The notes beneath the pieces are model-generated. The model saw only the letters and a program-made list of their open reading frames with translations, was not told where the DNA came from and did not search any database. A program made the translations under genes and the position numbers. Positions 26,101 to 36,562 of a stretch of 64,000 nt of DNA are shown here, one piece after another. Within the stretch, counting starts at the first letter, position 1. Every line of letters begins with the position of its first letter. The stretch comes from an uncultured virus (IMG/VR IMGVR_UViG_3300021093_000048) (taxonomy: Duplodnaviria; Heunggongvirae; Uroviricota; Caudoviricetes), in the IMG/VR virus record IMGVR_UViG_3300021093_000048. The stretch is one strand, 5' to 3'.

Positions 26101-28686
26101 TGTAGTATCTGTAGTAACGATTTGCCCAACTGTATCAATTTTACCAGAGCTCGCAGTAACAGCAAATTTATATGGTGAATTACCATCAGTATCAATTACA
26201 AGATTATTTTTAAATACTGATAATCCGTTATGTGTGGTTGTACCATCAATATCTAATGTGCCATATACTTTTACATTTCCACCAATAACCATAGAGCTTG
26301 CAATTGAAGCTCCTCCATCTACCTTTAATGCACCATAAGTTACTAGTGATCCATAGGCTGTACCTGCTAAAGCATTAGTAATATTGGTATTGGTAGTATT
26401 TTGAATATTGACTATGGATGCGGATTGGGTTGTTAGATTACCAGTAAGTGTTGTTGCACCAGTAACTCCAAGAGTGCCATTAAAACTTCCATTGCCTGTA
26501 GTTGATTGGAATTCAATTTTTGTTGTCCCTACTCCATCCTTTAATTGTAGAGTCTTAGATGCGCCTTGTAATACAAAATTGTCATCGAAACGAGAAGTAC
26601 TACGCACTCTTAATGTGCTAGTAATATCTGTTAGGCCTCCAATAAATACATCGTTACTTACACCAATACCACCAGTAACTACTAACGTGCCAGTAGTTGC
26701 CGATGTTGAATTGGTGCCAGTGGTTAACTTGAGATTGCCTGCTAATAGACCAGCATTGGTGCCAGAAAATACTTCGGAAGTATTTGTAGCATCGAAATAG
26801 AAGGCGAATCCACCGACATGACCCGCGAGATCAGTATACGAATCATCGTAACCATAGAATCCAAGTTTTGCTGCACTATCATAATATCTAAAACTGACAC
26901 CTCTATCAAGATTATCATCAGAAGTTGGAGCAGTATCACCACCAAGAGTGATAATTGGATCGTCCACTTGCAATGTGGTAGAGTTAACCGTCGTTGTGGT
27001 GCCGTCAACCTGTAAATTGCCCCAAACTCTGACGGTGCCAGTAACGGCACGATCATCACCAGGATCCAAGTTGAGGGTCGCATTAGTTGTAGCAATATAG
27101 TTATCTTGGAAACGATAATCTTCAACATGAATTTTACCTGTAGATTCACTTGCTTGAATACTAACAACATCTTCAGCATTTAGATTTAATGTGCTTGTAC
27201 CAGCACCAGAATTGCTGACAGAAAGGGTTACAGATCTAGCAGCTGCACTAGCTTGAGTGCTAGTAATTGTTAGATTTCCGTCGCCAGTTTTATTAATTGT
27301 CTGTGCTGTAGTTGCATCTAATGTAATATCTGCGTGTCCGAAAAAACTTCTGACATTAATGTCAACTTCTCCAGATCCACTATTACCAGTATTATTGGCG
27401 CTAAACAGTAAACTGCCTGCGGTGTTATTAACTTTGAGATAATTTAAATAATTAAATCCTTTATATGCAGTAGATGCTGTTAATTCTTGATCTAATTCAA
27501 AATCTTCTTTTGTATTAGTATCAGAGAAAGAAATTCTATTATTTTGTAGTTGAGTATTATCTACACCAAGTGCAGCAATTGTAACATGGCCATTTGAATC
27601 TACATCAAAATCTTCCTGTGCAAACGAGGCCAATCCTTTCTGTTCGGTTGCCGCAGCCGCGAGATATCTCCACCCTCCAGCATCGCTGGCATTAGTATGA
27701 GTAGGAGCACCAGCGCCCGCAGCGATTGCTCTAATTGCTTGGTAGACATTACCGCCATTTTTGATGATGTCGTATCTTGAATAAGTTGTCCCAGCATTAT
27801 ACGAATTATACTTTGCGCCTTCGGTTGCGGTTGCAATAGGAAGATTGGTAGATGAAGTTAAACGTCCAAATGTGTCAACAGTATATTTTACTGTATTTAC
27901 AGTTTGTGTGCCAAATGGTTCATTATTTGATCCAACTGCAGATACTGAATTTAAATTTTCAGTATTGTAATCACCCGTTACAACAGTTGTTGTAATCAAA
28001 TCGATGGTTGGGTTACCAGATAAACCAGCACCTTGGGTAACAGCAATTCTTCCTCCAGTACCAGTAATTGTCCTGGTAGACATTGCACCACCACTGGTTC
28101 TTGAAATAATGCCCGTTGTGCTTAGAGCGGAAATTGCAGCAAGATCTAAATCATATGGTTGTGCTGATTGCCCCTCAACATTACCATTCAATCCATATTC
28201 AGAAAGAGTCGTTGGACTTGAAGCATTTATGACTCTTCCTTTAGCATCGACAGTTACCTTTGTATAAGTACCAGATGAAGTGCTAGTGGCATCATAGTGA
28301 GGTAATGAAGATATTAATTGTAATGCAGCATTAATATTTAAGTTTGCTGATCCATCAAAGTTTCCCGCACCAGTCAAATCCTGTGATAGTTGAATTTGGC
28401 GAGTAGATGCTAATCTTGTGGCAGTAGAAGCATTACCAATAATGGTTGCAGTAATAATACCAGCAGAGAAGTTTCCATCAGCATCTCTTGCCACCATAGT
28501 ATTTGGTGTATTAGATACAGACTCGATAGGTCTCTCATATTTTAGAGAGTTCCATGCAGTAACACCGTCTCCTATTTTTAAGCGACCTGTATCTAGCTCA
28601 ATCCCCACTTCACCTTGAGCAAGAGTTGGGTTAACGTTTGCCCACTCCTGAGCACCACCTCTCCTTAATTGAATTCTATTTGCCAT
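23152..28686 (-). CDS. Long fibre protein (tail, whisker or collar fibre), 1844 aa
   Basis: N-terminal RIQLRRG...W...NP.LA.GE.G.E.DT...KIGDG domain, Gly/Thr-rich beta repeats, a YTKVTVDAKGRV fibre repeat and a short CBM-like segment near 27650-27810. It has its own late promoter. Confidence 0.85.
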   Translation of the reverse strand: MANRIQLRRGGAQEWANVNPTLAQGEVGIELDTGRLKIGDGVTAWNSLKYERPIESVSNTPNTMVARDADGNFSAGIITATIIGNASTATRLASTRQIQLSQDLTGAGNFDGSANLNINAALQLISSLPHYDATSTSSGTYTKVTVDAKGRVINASSPTTLSEYGLNGNVEGQSAQPYDLDLAAISALSTTGIISRTSGGAMSTRTITGTGGRIAVTQGAGLSGNPTIDLITTTVVTGDYNTENLNSVSAVGSNNEPFGTQTVNTVKYTVDTFGRLTSSTNLPIATATEGAKYNSYNAGTTYSRYDIIKNGGNVYQAIRAIAAGAGAPTHTNASDAGGWRYLAAAATEQKGLASFAQEDFDVDSNGHVTIAALGVDNTQLQNNRISFSDTNTKEDFELDQELTASTAYKGFNYLNYLKVNNTAGSLLFSANNTGNSGSGEVDINVRSFFGHADITLDATTAQTINKTGDGNLTITSTQASAAARSVTLSVSNSGAGTSTLNLNAEDVVSIQASESTGKIHVEDYRFQDNYIATTNATLNLDPGDDRAVTGTVRVWGNLQVDGTTTTVNSTTLQVDDPIITLGGDTAPTSDDNLDRGVSFRYYDSAAKLGFYGYDDSYTDLAGHVGGFAFYFDATNTSEVFSGTNAGLLAGNLKLTTGTNSTSATTGTLVVTGGIGVSNDVFIGGLTDITSTLRVRSTSRFDDNFVLQGASKTLQLKDGVGTTKIEFQSTTGNGSFNGTLGVTGATTLTGNLTTQSASIVNIQNTTNTNITNALAGTAYGSLVTYGALKVDGGASIASSMVIGGNVKVYGTLDIDGTTTHNGLSVFKNNLVIDTDGNSPYKFAVTASSGKIDTVGQIVTTDTTDSTSTTTGSIITSGGVGIAKQLRVSQGTTLSSTLAVSGITTLSNTTDANFAGSITSGTTYSSMASHPGALLVSGGVDIAKSLIVGENLKVFGSVDFGTSTGGGIAGEVNHYNKETFFDDVNFYDTATPTYLNDWFSSIFCRGGAVIRDDLYVGGDLQVRHNTNYTPGSQAGSDLVIFRVYGQTGQTDIYGITNHGNDLFVKNGLAGATTFSVDAQTGNTSASGTFTVTDNSTFNKNVTIVGSDSASTEFFKIRNGSAVDKFVVDSSSGNTTIAGTATITSATQINSTLGVTGVTSLTNTTDQTISGVSYTADGAVRLNGGLGVAKNLAVAGSMRVFGNSTISGTTTQSGNATFAGRVAVSNVDDVTSFADNAVSLTTDGGLRVSKNAYIGGDFYIWDNTNSRVAFGVTNLTGAVSTHGNLTVGGNLTVNGTTTTVNSTVTTVDDPIITLGGDTAPVSDDSKDRGVEFRYFDTTAKVGFFGLDRSTLEYVFLTTATNSSEIFTGTDGSLRAGSLKLTGSGTALSVDFNANIDGALTVDGVITSNVAGGTAPFIVTSTTKVNNLNADLLDGFTTASTNTSNTVVVRDPSGNFAAGTITAALTGNSSTATTLQTARNIAVSGAVSGTVSFNGSADVTISTTFVDADITALAAMAGTGYVVRTAANTYAQRSISATASSGITITNGDGIAGNTVINVASTSGNSSNNLVLRDASGNFAAGTITANLTGNVIGNVTGNVTGNATGLSGTPNITVGAIGATSLNASGNVTAATFSGALTGNVTGNVTGNVTGQVSSISNFTTTNLAEGTKLYYTKARVQDQLDNAFAQLKAMLNNLETNTTLVLNLSGDPTPGDVVSFNNATLSGGNGYLTSTGVATTGGTGSGLTVNIVATAGIVTSVTINNDGTGYSPNDVITITGGTTPQATITISAVKEMKVGNTLTGATTGTTGVITALGATSATVNAVDGFFEVGETVSANNVTTLTISSFA
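23744..23784. repeat. 12-bp tandem repeat (CCAGTWACATTA x3.4) encoding TGNV repeats in the fibre
   Basis: Read directly from the sequence; a second, more degenerate cluster lies near 23890-23935. Confidence 0.85.
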
Positions 28687-28722
28687 TTTTTAAGACAACC
28701 TGTGTATTTAATGCTTCTTTGT

Positions 28723-28730
28723 TATTTATG
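28723..28730 (-). promoter_or_regulatory. Late promoter CATAAATA for the fibre gene and gp13-16
   Basis: Between a terminator and the ATG at 28686. Confidence 0.75.
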
Positions 28731-28736
28731 TCAAAT

Positions 28737-28765
28737 AAAAAAGAGGGGGGAAATAAATCCCCCCT
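28737..28765 (-). terminator. Rho-independent terminator
   Basis: AGGGGGGA-TTTATT-TCCCCCCT 8-bp stem followed by CTTTTTT. Confidence 0.88.
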
Positions 28766-28769
28766 TGAA

Positions 28770-28991
28770 TCATTCTTCTGTATCAGTTTCGGCAGATTCT
28801 TCAGATTCTTCCTCTTCCGATTTTTCTTCCGAATAATATTGCAATGTTTCAATTGCTCCTTGTAGTTTTAGAGCAGTTACTTCATTATCTTTGATCTTAG
28901 ATGCAAGTTGCTGATTCTCTTCTAGCAGCGCAGTATAGCGTTGTTTAAATTGAGTCAACATTTCTTCTTGAGAAACTTTTTCAATTGTCAT
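28770..28991 (-). CDS. Small coiled-coil protein with acidic tail (73 aa)
   Basis: Heptad pattern; overlaps the upstream gene and ends just before the terminator. Confidence 0.75.
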   Translation of the reverse strand: MTIEKVSQEEMLTQFKQRYTALLEENQQLASKIKDNEVTALKLQGAIETLQYYSEEKSEEEESEESAETDTEE

Positions 28992-29232
28992 AATTGTTAC
29001 TCTGATTTTTTACTAACGTCAGTAATAATGCCTTAATAGCATCCATATCCGATTTTAACTCAGAAACATCATCTTGTAAAGCTTGTTGTTTCTTACGATC
29101 GTCTACACGGCGGTTATACGCCGCCATATATTTATCATATTCAGATTCATTTGCATTGATGATGGCATTTGATTCTGGATCTCTATACCATCCATCTTTC
29201 CCATCTACGGGAATTAATTTTCTAGTATTCAT
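28981..29232 (-). CDS. Conserved small T4-like protein with C-terminal coiled coil (83 aa)
   Basis: V.G....RD..S.AIIN....Y..Y motif followed by a heptad repeat; directly follows the 2441-aa gene. Confidence 0.75.
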   Translation of the reverse strand: MNTRKLIPVDGKDGWYRDPESNAIINANESEYDKYMAAYNRRVDDRKKQQALQDDVSELKSDMDAIKALLLTLVKNQSNNYDN

Positions 29233-29235
29233 AAA

Positions 29236-32200
29236 TTATGTAGCAAGAGCAATTGCACGGAGGTCAGCGATTAGAGGCACTTTTGCTTGATTGCTTGACC
29301 TCATCACAATTTTGATTTGGAATGCGTTGAAATTCAATCCAGTAACTTCATAATAATAGTCTTTCCAAAGAATTTCTTCTGATGGTGACGCATCATACTG
29401 TTTTGGTAATCCAACTAAAGTCCATCCAATAGAGTCTATGTCGTCATTGGTGCCGTTGTCAAATGCTTTGTAGTATACTCTAACGGAAGCTTCTGGTGGA
29501 CGAGACATTTGGAAATCAATTCTAATCGTCTTAGAATTCTTAATAAGTCTTGCAAGACGTGTAATATAAACAGCATCATTCTGATCACCTGTTGGCAATG
29601 TTGATACATCTTGTGATACATCAATCTTTCCTGCTTGTCCATATGGTTCGGGACCACCTGGCCATTCGTTGATACGATTTGTTGTGCAAATTAATGAGCA
29701 ACGATCCATGTCAACAACAGGACTCAATTTATCATTTTCGGTACTCATATCTAAGAGCATTGTAAATGATTTTGCTCCACCTAATTTTGCTTCCTCATTA
29801 ATCTCAGAGCAAATCATCCTAGGATCAGAAAAGAAGTTTAGATCATTTAAAGTTACTGGCTCATATGTACCATCATTTACAAATGAGTCTTGATCGATTC
29901 CTAAAGATCCTCCTTCTCCTCCACCATTGCCAACAGAAGTTGCGCTTGTAGTATTTACTCTAGCTGTAATATCGGTATCAGGTAACTTCATTATATTTAC
30001 TGTTGGTGTAAGAGTTTCAAACTGCACATTCTGAGATGCAATGACAGATTCTCCTCCAGCACGAATACCGTTATTTGCAACAGCATCAACAGATAACATA
30101 TAAGTATCCATCCATGGGCATTGAATACCTTCATGCACTTTATTGATATTCGTTAATGGAATTCCATCTAAAGTGTAACATTGGACAACATCATCTACTG
30201 AATGTGTGGCAGCATCTGTTTCCATCGCTCCTCTACCATTAGTCGCAACAGTAATTGTTGCCCCATCTCCAGAAATAGCACTATAAAGAATAATCTCATC
30301 ACCAATCTTTAGATATCCTGGATTTGCATTACTGATTGCCTGACCATTAACAATGGTATGGAAATCGACGGCAGTATTTACAGATATTGAAGTTGCAGTA
30401 GCAGTCAGTGAATTTGTTAAGTATGTTGGTGAAACTTCAGATAAAACTCCTTCGATACTAACATGATTTGTACGCTGGTGCATACAATGATTGTTGTGAA
30501 GTATCAGAATTTCTTTCTCATCTGATGAGTATGAAGGTGCTAATGATAAATAAACTCCTTTAGAATCACCACTGTAGGTAACGGCAGAAACAGTTGCTGT
30601 TGCGCCACCTGTGTTAGAAATTTGCTCAGTCGCTGTAAATGCTCCAGTAATATAATTTAAAGTTAGACTCGTGCCACTAACTGCTGTAACGATACCAACA
30701 GTTGTACTGGTGCCACCAGTAACAACATTCCCTACAGAGAATGTACCTACAACCGATGACATTGTAATATTTGCAATCGATTTAGATGATCTAACTCTAA
30801 ATGTTGTGGAAGTGCCAGGGAGCCAATTACCAGAAACATCAGTAACTGTTAATGTATCTGGAGATGTAGTAGTATCAATTGAAACTACTGTGGCTGATGC
30901 GCCTGTTGTTTCTTGTAGTAAGTTTGCACCTTGACCAAAGGTATAATTTGCACCACTATCCAAAGTAAATACTAATTGTGGTTTACGAGTAGCAATTGGA
31001 TTTGATTGCATAATTTTCAATCCACCATTACCTAATCCTTGTGGAGAATTATTAAGTGCAAGAGTACCAGTCAAAGATGTAAATTTAGCTCTGTTAATTA
31101 TGAATTTTAAATCTTCATACTGATCTGCTGTCCAAGTAGAAGCGTTTTGTGACTTGAATAGGACACCTGCATATGGTTGCTCAGAGATTGTTCTTGTGCC
31201 ACTAACTTCAATATCTCCCATTCTAGAAATCCACACTTTATATTCATTGGAGTCTGACAGCAATACAAAACAGTATTCTGTAGATGCTTTAATATAAACA
31301 GGAGATCTAAAAGTAAATCTAGTAGGAATTGCTGCTGTAGATGAGATATCTACGTCATTTGGTGTAATAGTAACATCAGAGAATGGTAGGATAGTTTTGG
31401 TTGGATATCCATTTTCCATGGTGCGGATTTGCATGGAAACTGGAATGTTTTTATCCTTTGATTGGAAATATATATCAACACTAGTTAAGAAAACTCCACC
31501 TTTCTCTTCAGTAATAAATGATTGTGCAAGAGGGTCATACCATCCAATTTGGCGCTCCTCAACTCTTGTTGATTGCACAACTCTCTCTTCACTTACAGTA
31601 TCCTGCACAATTTCTGCATTTCTAATGGCAAGAATATTTTCTTGCACAACTTGTAATGTGCCAGAGGCGGAATAATTTGTTTGTGCCGAAGAAGTTGCCT
31701 CAGTAGTATTGTTTACCTCACTTGTGGTAAATCTGAATAATCTAATGCCAGTTGCCCAACGTGGATTTGCATCATTCTTTGGAGATGGAATAAAGAATGT
31801 GCCCTTAAGTGTACCAACGTTATCACTTAACAATCTACGGTCAGCAATAACTGCTCTAGCACCAGAAGATTGTCCAACTAAAATTTCACTAACTTGCATG
31901 TTTCCAAAATGATCTGGAGATACAGTCTTTGAAATAGAATCAATATCATGATTTAAGTATGGTGTTTGTGAGGAATATGTTTCTGGAAGAGTTTCTTCTC
32001 CTTTACCATATGGATTTGTTGTATAACCATCATTAGGTGCTACAACTTTCAAACGACAACCAGAAGTTTGACCAATTACAGTTTCTCCGACAACAAATGG
32101 AGTTTCATTTGTTCTGGCATCGGTAGATGAATTTTTGATCAATTCGATAACCTTTGGAGTTACATAATTTGAAATAGATACACCATCAAAGTATGGATAG

Positions 32201-35200
32201 AATCTTGTGCGTGGTTTTACTCTCTCTACTGAGAATCCAATATTTCTGGATCTAATCCAAGGAATATTGGATCTAGACAATACTGTATCACCTAAAGACT
32301 TTCTTTCAATTTTAGGCACAATTCTTGATCGGACACCTTGACGTGCTTGGTTATTTACAACTCTGAATGTTGTGCGCTCGTGAAGATAGAATAGTCCTTG
32401 CTGTCTCTGTCCGTGACCAGCTCTACCTAACTGGCGGCCAATGCCATATGTTCCAGATTGTGATGTATGTTGGCTTGATGATTCTATACTCTCACCAGTC
32501 CAAGTTGTTTGCCAAGATCCCCATTGAATAGGTGCAAATCCATTTTGATCGACTTGCATATCTCTAGCAACAGCAGAAAAATCTCCCTCAACGTTTTCCA
32601 CACGAGCAGGCATACGCTCGGTATCCAACCAATCATCAGATGCTGGTGTTAAATCGACTCTTCCAATAAATGTAAATACGTTAAATGGGTTAATATTTTC
32701 AGTACGTGACGCATATGGTTGCTTAATTAATTCAACTTCTGTATACGGAAGCATCGCAATGTTTCCACGAGTTAATACAACATTTGAAGATGCGGAAAGA
32801 TTTGTTACTAATGCGACATTAGTCGTATAGTGTTGGGGACGTAATTGACCTTCTTTAAAATCTAAAGAGCACTTGTAATCTGGATGGAACACGGCACCAA
32901 GAGTGTGATCTGTAAAATCATCAACGACATATCCATTTTTTAATCTATCAAATCCATTTTCATCATATACCTTAGTGTTGTCAGTCTGAGACTCTAATAA
33001 AGATAAAGAAGTATAATATTCTACGTGAGTTAGACGAGTTTCCAAATCACCAATATCTTTCATAGTGTAACGACGAATAATTTCCTGTGTTATCAGACAA
33101 TCCCTTTCTGGATCAAACATAAATGGCTTATATTCGATCGTCGCTAATAACATAGCATTCTCAATCTTTTGTGGAGGAATTAAGTATTTTCCAGATACAC
33201 CCTTCACAACCTTTAATTGTGCATCATGAGTTAGATATAATTTATCAACTCTTGGTAGATACCAAGAATAATCAGATCTAAATGAAGAATCAACCTGCAT
33301 AATATCAAAAATTGTTGATGCACCAGCGCCGCCAGTTGTATTGTATACTCTTGAATTAAAATCAAAAGTGCTACAATTCACAAAGTATGGGGCAGAAATT
33401 GTACCCGATCCAGATGCCAATTCTTTAACTCCAGGACGGAAGTCCAATTGGTCTCTTAAGAAGTTAATAGATCCATCAATTTTATATGTTGGAATTGCTT
33501 TATATGGAATTCCAGTATAAGATTCTGCGGAGAAGTAATCTCCAGACGATTCGTGTGCAAAATAATCAAAGATGACTAATAATCTTCTTGTTGGAGCAAT
33601 GCTGGATGGAAGTCTAGTTAACTTTGAAACATCATAGTAATTAGTTCTTTGTCCTGGTTCTAAACGATATCTATCAGTTACTAACTTACTGCCAGCAAAT
33701 ACCGTATTTTCCCCATCATCAACAATTGCCGTGATTGCATCTCCAGTTGCATTAAATCCTTGTAGAATTTCTCCAGGTATAAAATTAATTTCATTTAAAA
33801 TTACATAATATAGTTTAAGATTGGTGTTTAAGAAAGAAATTACCCTTGCTCTAGCACCAGATGTTTTTCCAATAACAATGGTGTTATTTGCAAAAAACAC
33901 AGATTCAGTTAATACTACATATGGCGGTGAAGCATCGTTTTCATCTAAAGATTCATATATGGCATGAATGTTATAAACGTCATTCAATCCTAAAGAAATT
34001 TCAAGATCTTCTACTCTAGTGCCTGGTAGAGTACTATATGTTAGTCCAGTCAATTGGACATCTTTATCTGTTAGGGTCTTGATTACTTTTAGTGACTTTA
34101 ATAAACCAGCAGTTTTAATTTTCCTTGAAGGAGTATTCTTAGATACCAGTGCAGTAAGAGATACTGTAGTAATATTTGGCAATCCAGTAATAGTAATAGA
34201 TTGGTTTTGAGCACCAAAAGTTACCGTCAATACTCCAGAATCTGCCAATGCATCAATATCCATATTTGTGCCAACGGGATATGTTGCATTTGTACTGGCA
34301 ACGACTGTTAGTATATAATTTTCTGAAGATAGTGAAGCAAATGATTCGGTATCTGGGAGAGTGAAAGTAATGGATCCACTACTAACAGTTTTATTAATAA
34401 AGTTTCTATAAACAAAGAAAGACTCATCAGAAATAGATTTCATTGCAACTTCTGGTAAGTCGAATGACAATTCTCCATTTTGATAATCTTTTTGGAAAAT
34501 GAATGGGCGTAATCTAGTTACACTAGTACTTACAACGTCAGCAACTGTGCCAACAGCAAGAGTACTATCAAGTAAAGCAACTTGGTTTGCAAAGTCAAAG
34601 ATGGTTGCAGATACTCCAGTGTGCTTATTTACTGCTGTGTAATTAATCGCAGTTTGATTAATTCTTCTTACTCGCACAGTATTTGTGCCGACAAAATCTG
34701 CGACACCAGCAGCCAAAACATCTCCTGGTCTAAGATCTTTTTCAAATCTGGTTTTAAAACCAGTAATATCGTCACTTACATCGACATCAACAGTATTACC
34801 TTCAATTAAGGTCGCTTCGTTAAGGACAACATTACAACCAAATTTTACAACATTGTTATTATTATATCCAAACATAGATTTGGTATCACCAAGTTGATAA
34901 CTCCAAGCGGAGGTTAAACTGCCTCTCGCAATACCATCAATTTCTAATACTTCATTATTAACAAAAACACCACTTACTTGCTCTAAGTAGGCATAATGAG
35001 TATTGTTACCAGTATTTACAATATACCCAGTTGCTCCAGAAGTTCTACCTCTGATTAATTGACCAACAGTGAATGGTGTAACTGGGTTGGCAATGTTGAT
35101 AACAGTCCACATCTGCACATCAAAGAAATATAAATCATATACTCCGCCAGCTGGGATACTATTAGCACCAAAATTAGAATTTAGTGCATTTGCTGATGAC

Positions 35201-36561
35201 GATCTTCTAAGTTGTACAGTCCTACATCTACCAATTTGATTCGCGCCTACCTTTGGTGTAGATGTTACCGTTGGACTCCAATCATCATATAAGCGAAGAG
35301 TTTGATATGCATCAGAAATACCATCTCCAGTAATTTCTGGCCAACCATAAACTTGCCAAACTTTTAAGAAATTTCCGAGATTGAAGTTGAAAATACCATT
35401 ATTGACAGTTTTATAATCTCTTGGTTTTTCAACATCAACATATTGTGGAGCAATAAACTCTGTCCTATATCCACGAATATATGCCTTTCCAGGTGCTACT
35501 TCAATAGATGCTAAATCTTCTGCCGCAGTATTTCCTTGCTGAGATTTTGTGCCAGGAGCGTTAACACCATTATTGAATCCATCGTCTAGATGCTCTCTAA
35601 CCTTAACATCAAAACTATCAATTACATAATCTCCACTTTCTTCATAAGTCCTTCTTGCAAGAGATCTCTCTAATTCGCTATACTCTGTGCGATTTACAAA
35701 ACTTTCTACACGACTTTTGTTTATTCTTAATAATTCAATAAAATCCTTATCTGCTTCATCACCAATTAATCTCTTTACAAAAGATGTTTTAATTTTAAAT
35801 CTATGGGCACCAGGAGCAGAATAATTCGATGTACCAGCAGCATTATCATTTAATGTTTCATCATCTTCTGGAGTAACAATCGATTCAAAAATTTCAAGTC
35901 CAACTCTATATGATGGATTATTGCTATATTGTTCTAGAATAAGATATGAAGATGGGACATTAACAAAATGTCCTCTAATAAAATATACACCCTCATTAAT
36001 ATATGCAGAAGACGCTGTAGTAGTTGCATCAACTGGTAATAATTGGGCAAATGGAGTACCAACTTCAATCAGAGTTGATCCAAAAGTAATTTCAGCGTCA
36101 CAAATTAATTGCTCATTTTCTTTAAAAGTCTTTTGAGTTGTTGTAGATGTAGTGTCTCCAGAATCAATATACTTCACATACAAAGTGAGATAGTCCTTTT
36201 CAGATTCTGATGCTGAAATACTATATAAAACCTTTGCCTTAACCCCAGTCGTTAATCCTTCAATGATAGTTCCAGTAATCTGCTCTCTATAAGTTTCGAC
36301 TGTACTCCCTAAGAAAGATTCCTGTAGGAGAATCGCACCAACGTTTAGGTCGTATCCAACTTGACCAGGGATCACCATTGATCCTTCTTTGAAGAAGTGT
36401 TGACCCATCGACTCTACTTGATTTTGGAGAATCGATTGTGCAGTAGTTAATTCACGAGCCTGGATTGGAAATCCAGGGCGAAACAATACTCGATAAAAAT
36501 TATCATTTTTATCGAAATCGTCGTAATAAGGAGTTACATTGAGGTTAGTATTCTGGGGCAT
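29236..36561 (-). CDS. Large virion structural protein of the VrlC/DUF4815 type (2441 aa)
   Basis: N-terminal NLNV.PYYDDF....FYRVLFRPG..IQARELT..QSILQNQ, APGAHR, LARRT.EESGDY and DPLAQSF; follows gp8. Confidence 0.85.
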   Translation of the reverse strand: MPQNTNLNVTPYYDDFDKNDNFYRVLFRPGFPIQARELTTAQSILQNQVESMGQHFFKEGSMVIPGQVGYDLNVGAILLQESFLGSTVETYREQITGTIIEGLTTGVKAKVLYSISASESEKDYLTLYVKYIDSGDTTSTTTQKTFKENEQLICDAEITFGSTLIEVGTPFAQLLPVDATTTASSAYINEGVYFIRGHFVNVPSSYLILEQYSNNPSYRVGLEIFESIVTPEDDETLNDNAAGTSNYSAPGAHRFKIKTSFVKRLIGDEADKDFIELLRINKSRVESFVNRTEYSELERSLARRTYEESGDYVIDSFDVKVREHLDDGFNNGVNAPGTKSQQGNTAAEDLASIEVAPGKAYIRGYRTEFIAPQYVDVEKPRDYKTVNNGIFNFNLGNFLKVWQVYGWPEITGDGISDAYQTLRLYDDWSPTVTSTPKVGANQIGRCRTVQLRRSSSANALNSNFGANSIPAGGVYDLYFFDVQMWTVINIANPVTPFTVGQLIRGRTSGATGYIVNTGNNTHYAYLEQVSGVFVNNEVLEIDGIARGSLTSAWSYQLGDTKSMFGYNNNNVVKFGCNVVLNEATLIEGNTVDVDVSDDITGFKTRFEKDLRPGDVLAAGVADFVGTNTVRVRRINQTAINYTAVNKHTGVSATIFDFANQVALLDSTLAVGTVADVVSTSVTRLRPFIFQKDYQNGELSFDLPEVAMKSISDESFFVYRNFINKTVSSGSITFTLPDTESFASLSSENYILTVVASTNATYPVGTNMDIDALADSGVLTVTFGAQNQSITITGLPNITTVSLTALVSKNTPSRKIKTAGLLKSLKVIKTLTDKDVQLTGLTYSTLPGTRVEDLEISLGLNDVYNIHAIYESLDENDASPPYVVLTESVFFANNTIVIGKTSGARARVISFLNTNLKLYYVILNEINFIPGEILQGFNATGDAITAIVDDGENTVFAGSKLVTDRYRLEPGQRTNYYDVSKLTRLPSSIAPTRRLLVIFDYFAHESSGDYFSAESYTGIPYKAIPTYKIDGSINFLRDQLDFRPGVKELASGSGTISAPYFVNCSTFDFNSRVYNTTGGAGASTIFDIMQVDSSFRSDYSWYLPRVDKLYLTHDAQLKVVKGVSGKYLIPPQKIENAMLLATIEYKPFMFDPERDCLITQEIIRRYTMKDIGDLETRLTHVEYYTSLSLLESQTDNTKVYDENGFDRLKNGYVVDDFTDHTLGAVFHPDYKCSLDFKEGQLRPQHYTTNVALVTNLSASSNVVLTRGNIAMLPYTEVELIKQPYASRTENINPFNVFTFIGRVDLTPASDDWLDTERMPARVENVEGDFSAVARDMQVDQNGFAPIQWGSWQTTWTGESIESSSQHTSQSGTYGIGRQLGRAGHGQRQQGLFYLHERTTFRVVNNQARQGVRSRIVPKIERKSLGDTVLSRSNIPWIRSRNIGFSVERVKPRTRFYPYFDGVSISNYVTPKVIELIKNSSTDARTNETPFVVGETVIGQTSGCRLKVVAPNDGYTTNPYGKGEETLPETYSSQTPYLNHDIDSISKTVSPDHFGNMQVSEILVGQSSGARAVIADRRLLSDNVGTLKGTFFIPSPKNDANPRWATGIRLFRFTTSEVNNTTEATSSAQTNYSASGTLQVVQENILAIRNAEIVQDTVSEERVVQSTRVEERQIGWYDPLAQSFITEEKGGVFLTSVDIYFQSKDKNIPVSMQIRTMENGYPTKTILPFSDVTITPNDVDISSTAAIPTRFTFRSPVYIKASTEYCFVLLSDSNEYKVWISRMGDIEVSGTRTISEQPYAGVLFKSQNASTWTADQYEDLKFIINRAKFTSLTGTLALNNSPQGLGNGGLKIMQSNPIATRKPQLVFTLDSGANYTFGQGANLLQETTGASATVVSIDTTTSPDTLTVTDVSGNWLPGTSTTFRVRSSKSIANITMSSVVGTFSVGNVVTGGTSTTVGIVTAVSGTSLTLNYITGAFTATEQISNTGGATATVSAVTYSGDSKGVYLSLAPSYSSDEKEILILHNNHCMHQRTNHVSIEGVLSEVSPTYLTNSLTATATSISVNTAVDFHTIVNGQAISNANPGYLKIGDEIILYSAISGDGATITVATNGRGAMETDAATHSVDDVVQCYTLDGIPLTNINKVHEGIQCPWMDTYMLSVDAVANNGIRAGGESVIASQNVQFETLTPTVNIMKLPDTDITARVNTTSATSVGNGGGEGGSLGIDQDSFVNDGTYEPVTLNDLNFFSDPRMICSEINEEAKLGGAKSFTMLLDMSTENDKLSPVVDMDRCSLICTTNRINEWPGGPEPYGQAGKIDVSQDVSTLPTGDQNDAVYITRLARLIKNSKTIRIDFQMSRPPEASVRVYYKAFDNGTNDDIDSIGWTLVGLPKQYDASPSEEILWKDYYYEVTGLNFNAFQIKIVMRSSNQAKVPLIADLRAIALAT

Positions 36562-36562
36562 C

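Noticed and set aside
23144..28618. Many plus-strand ORFs of 60-184 aa opposite the fibre gene, and similar ones opposite gp7, gp18 and gp22
   Set aside because: They are antisense shadows of Gly/Thr/Ala-rich coding sequence, with no promoters, ribosome-binding sites or recognisable motifs.
23152..28686. Diversity-generating retroelement target, suggested by the Mtd-like N-terminus of the fibre
   Set aside because: There is no reverse transcriptase and no near-identical template/variable repeat pair with adenine-specific differences in the window. The internal repeats are diverged protein-level duplications.
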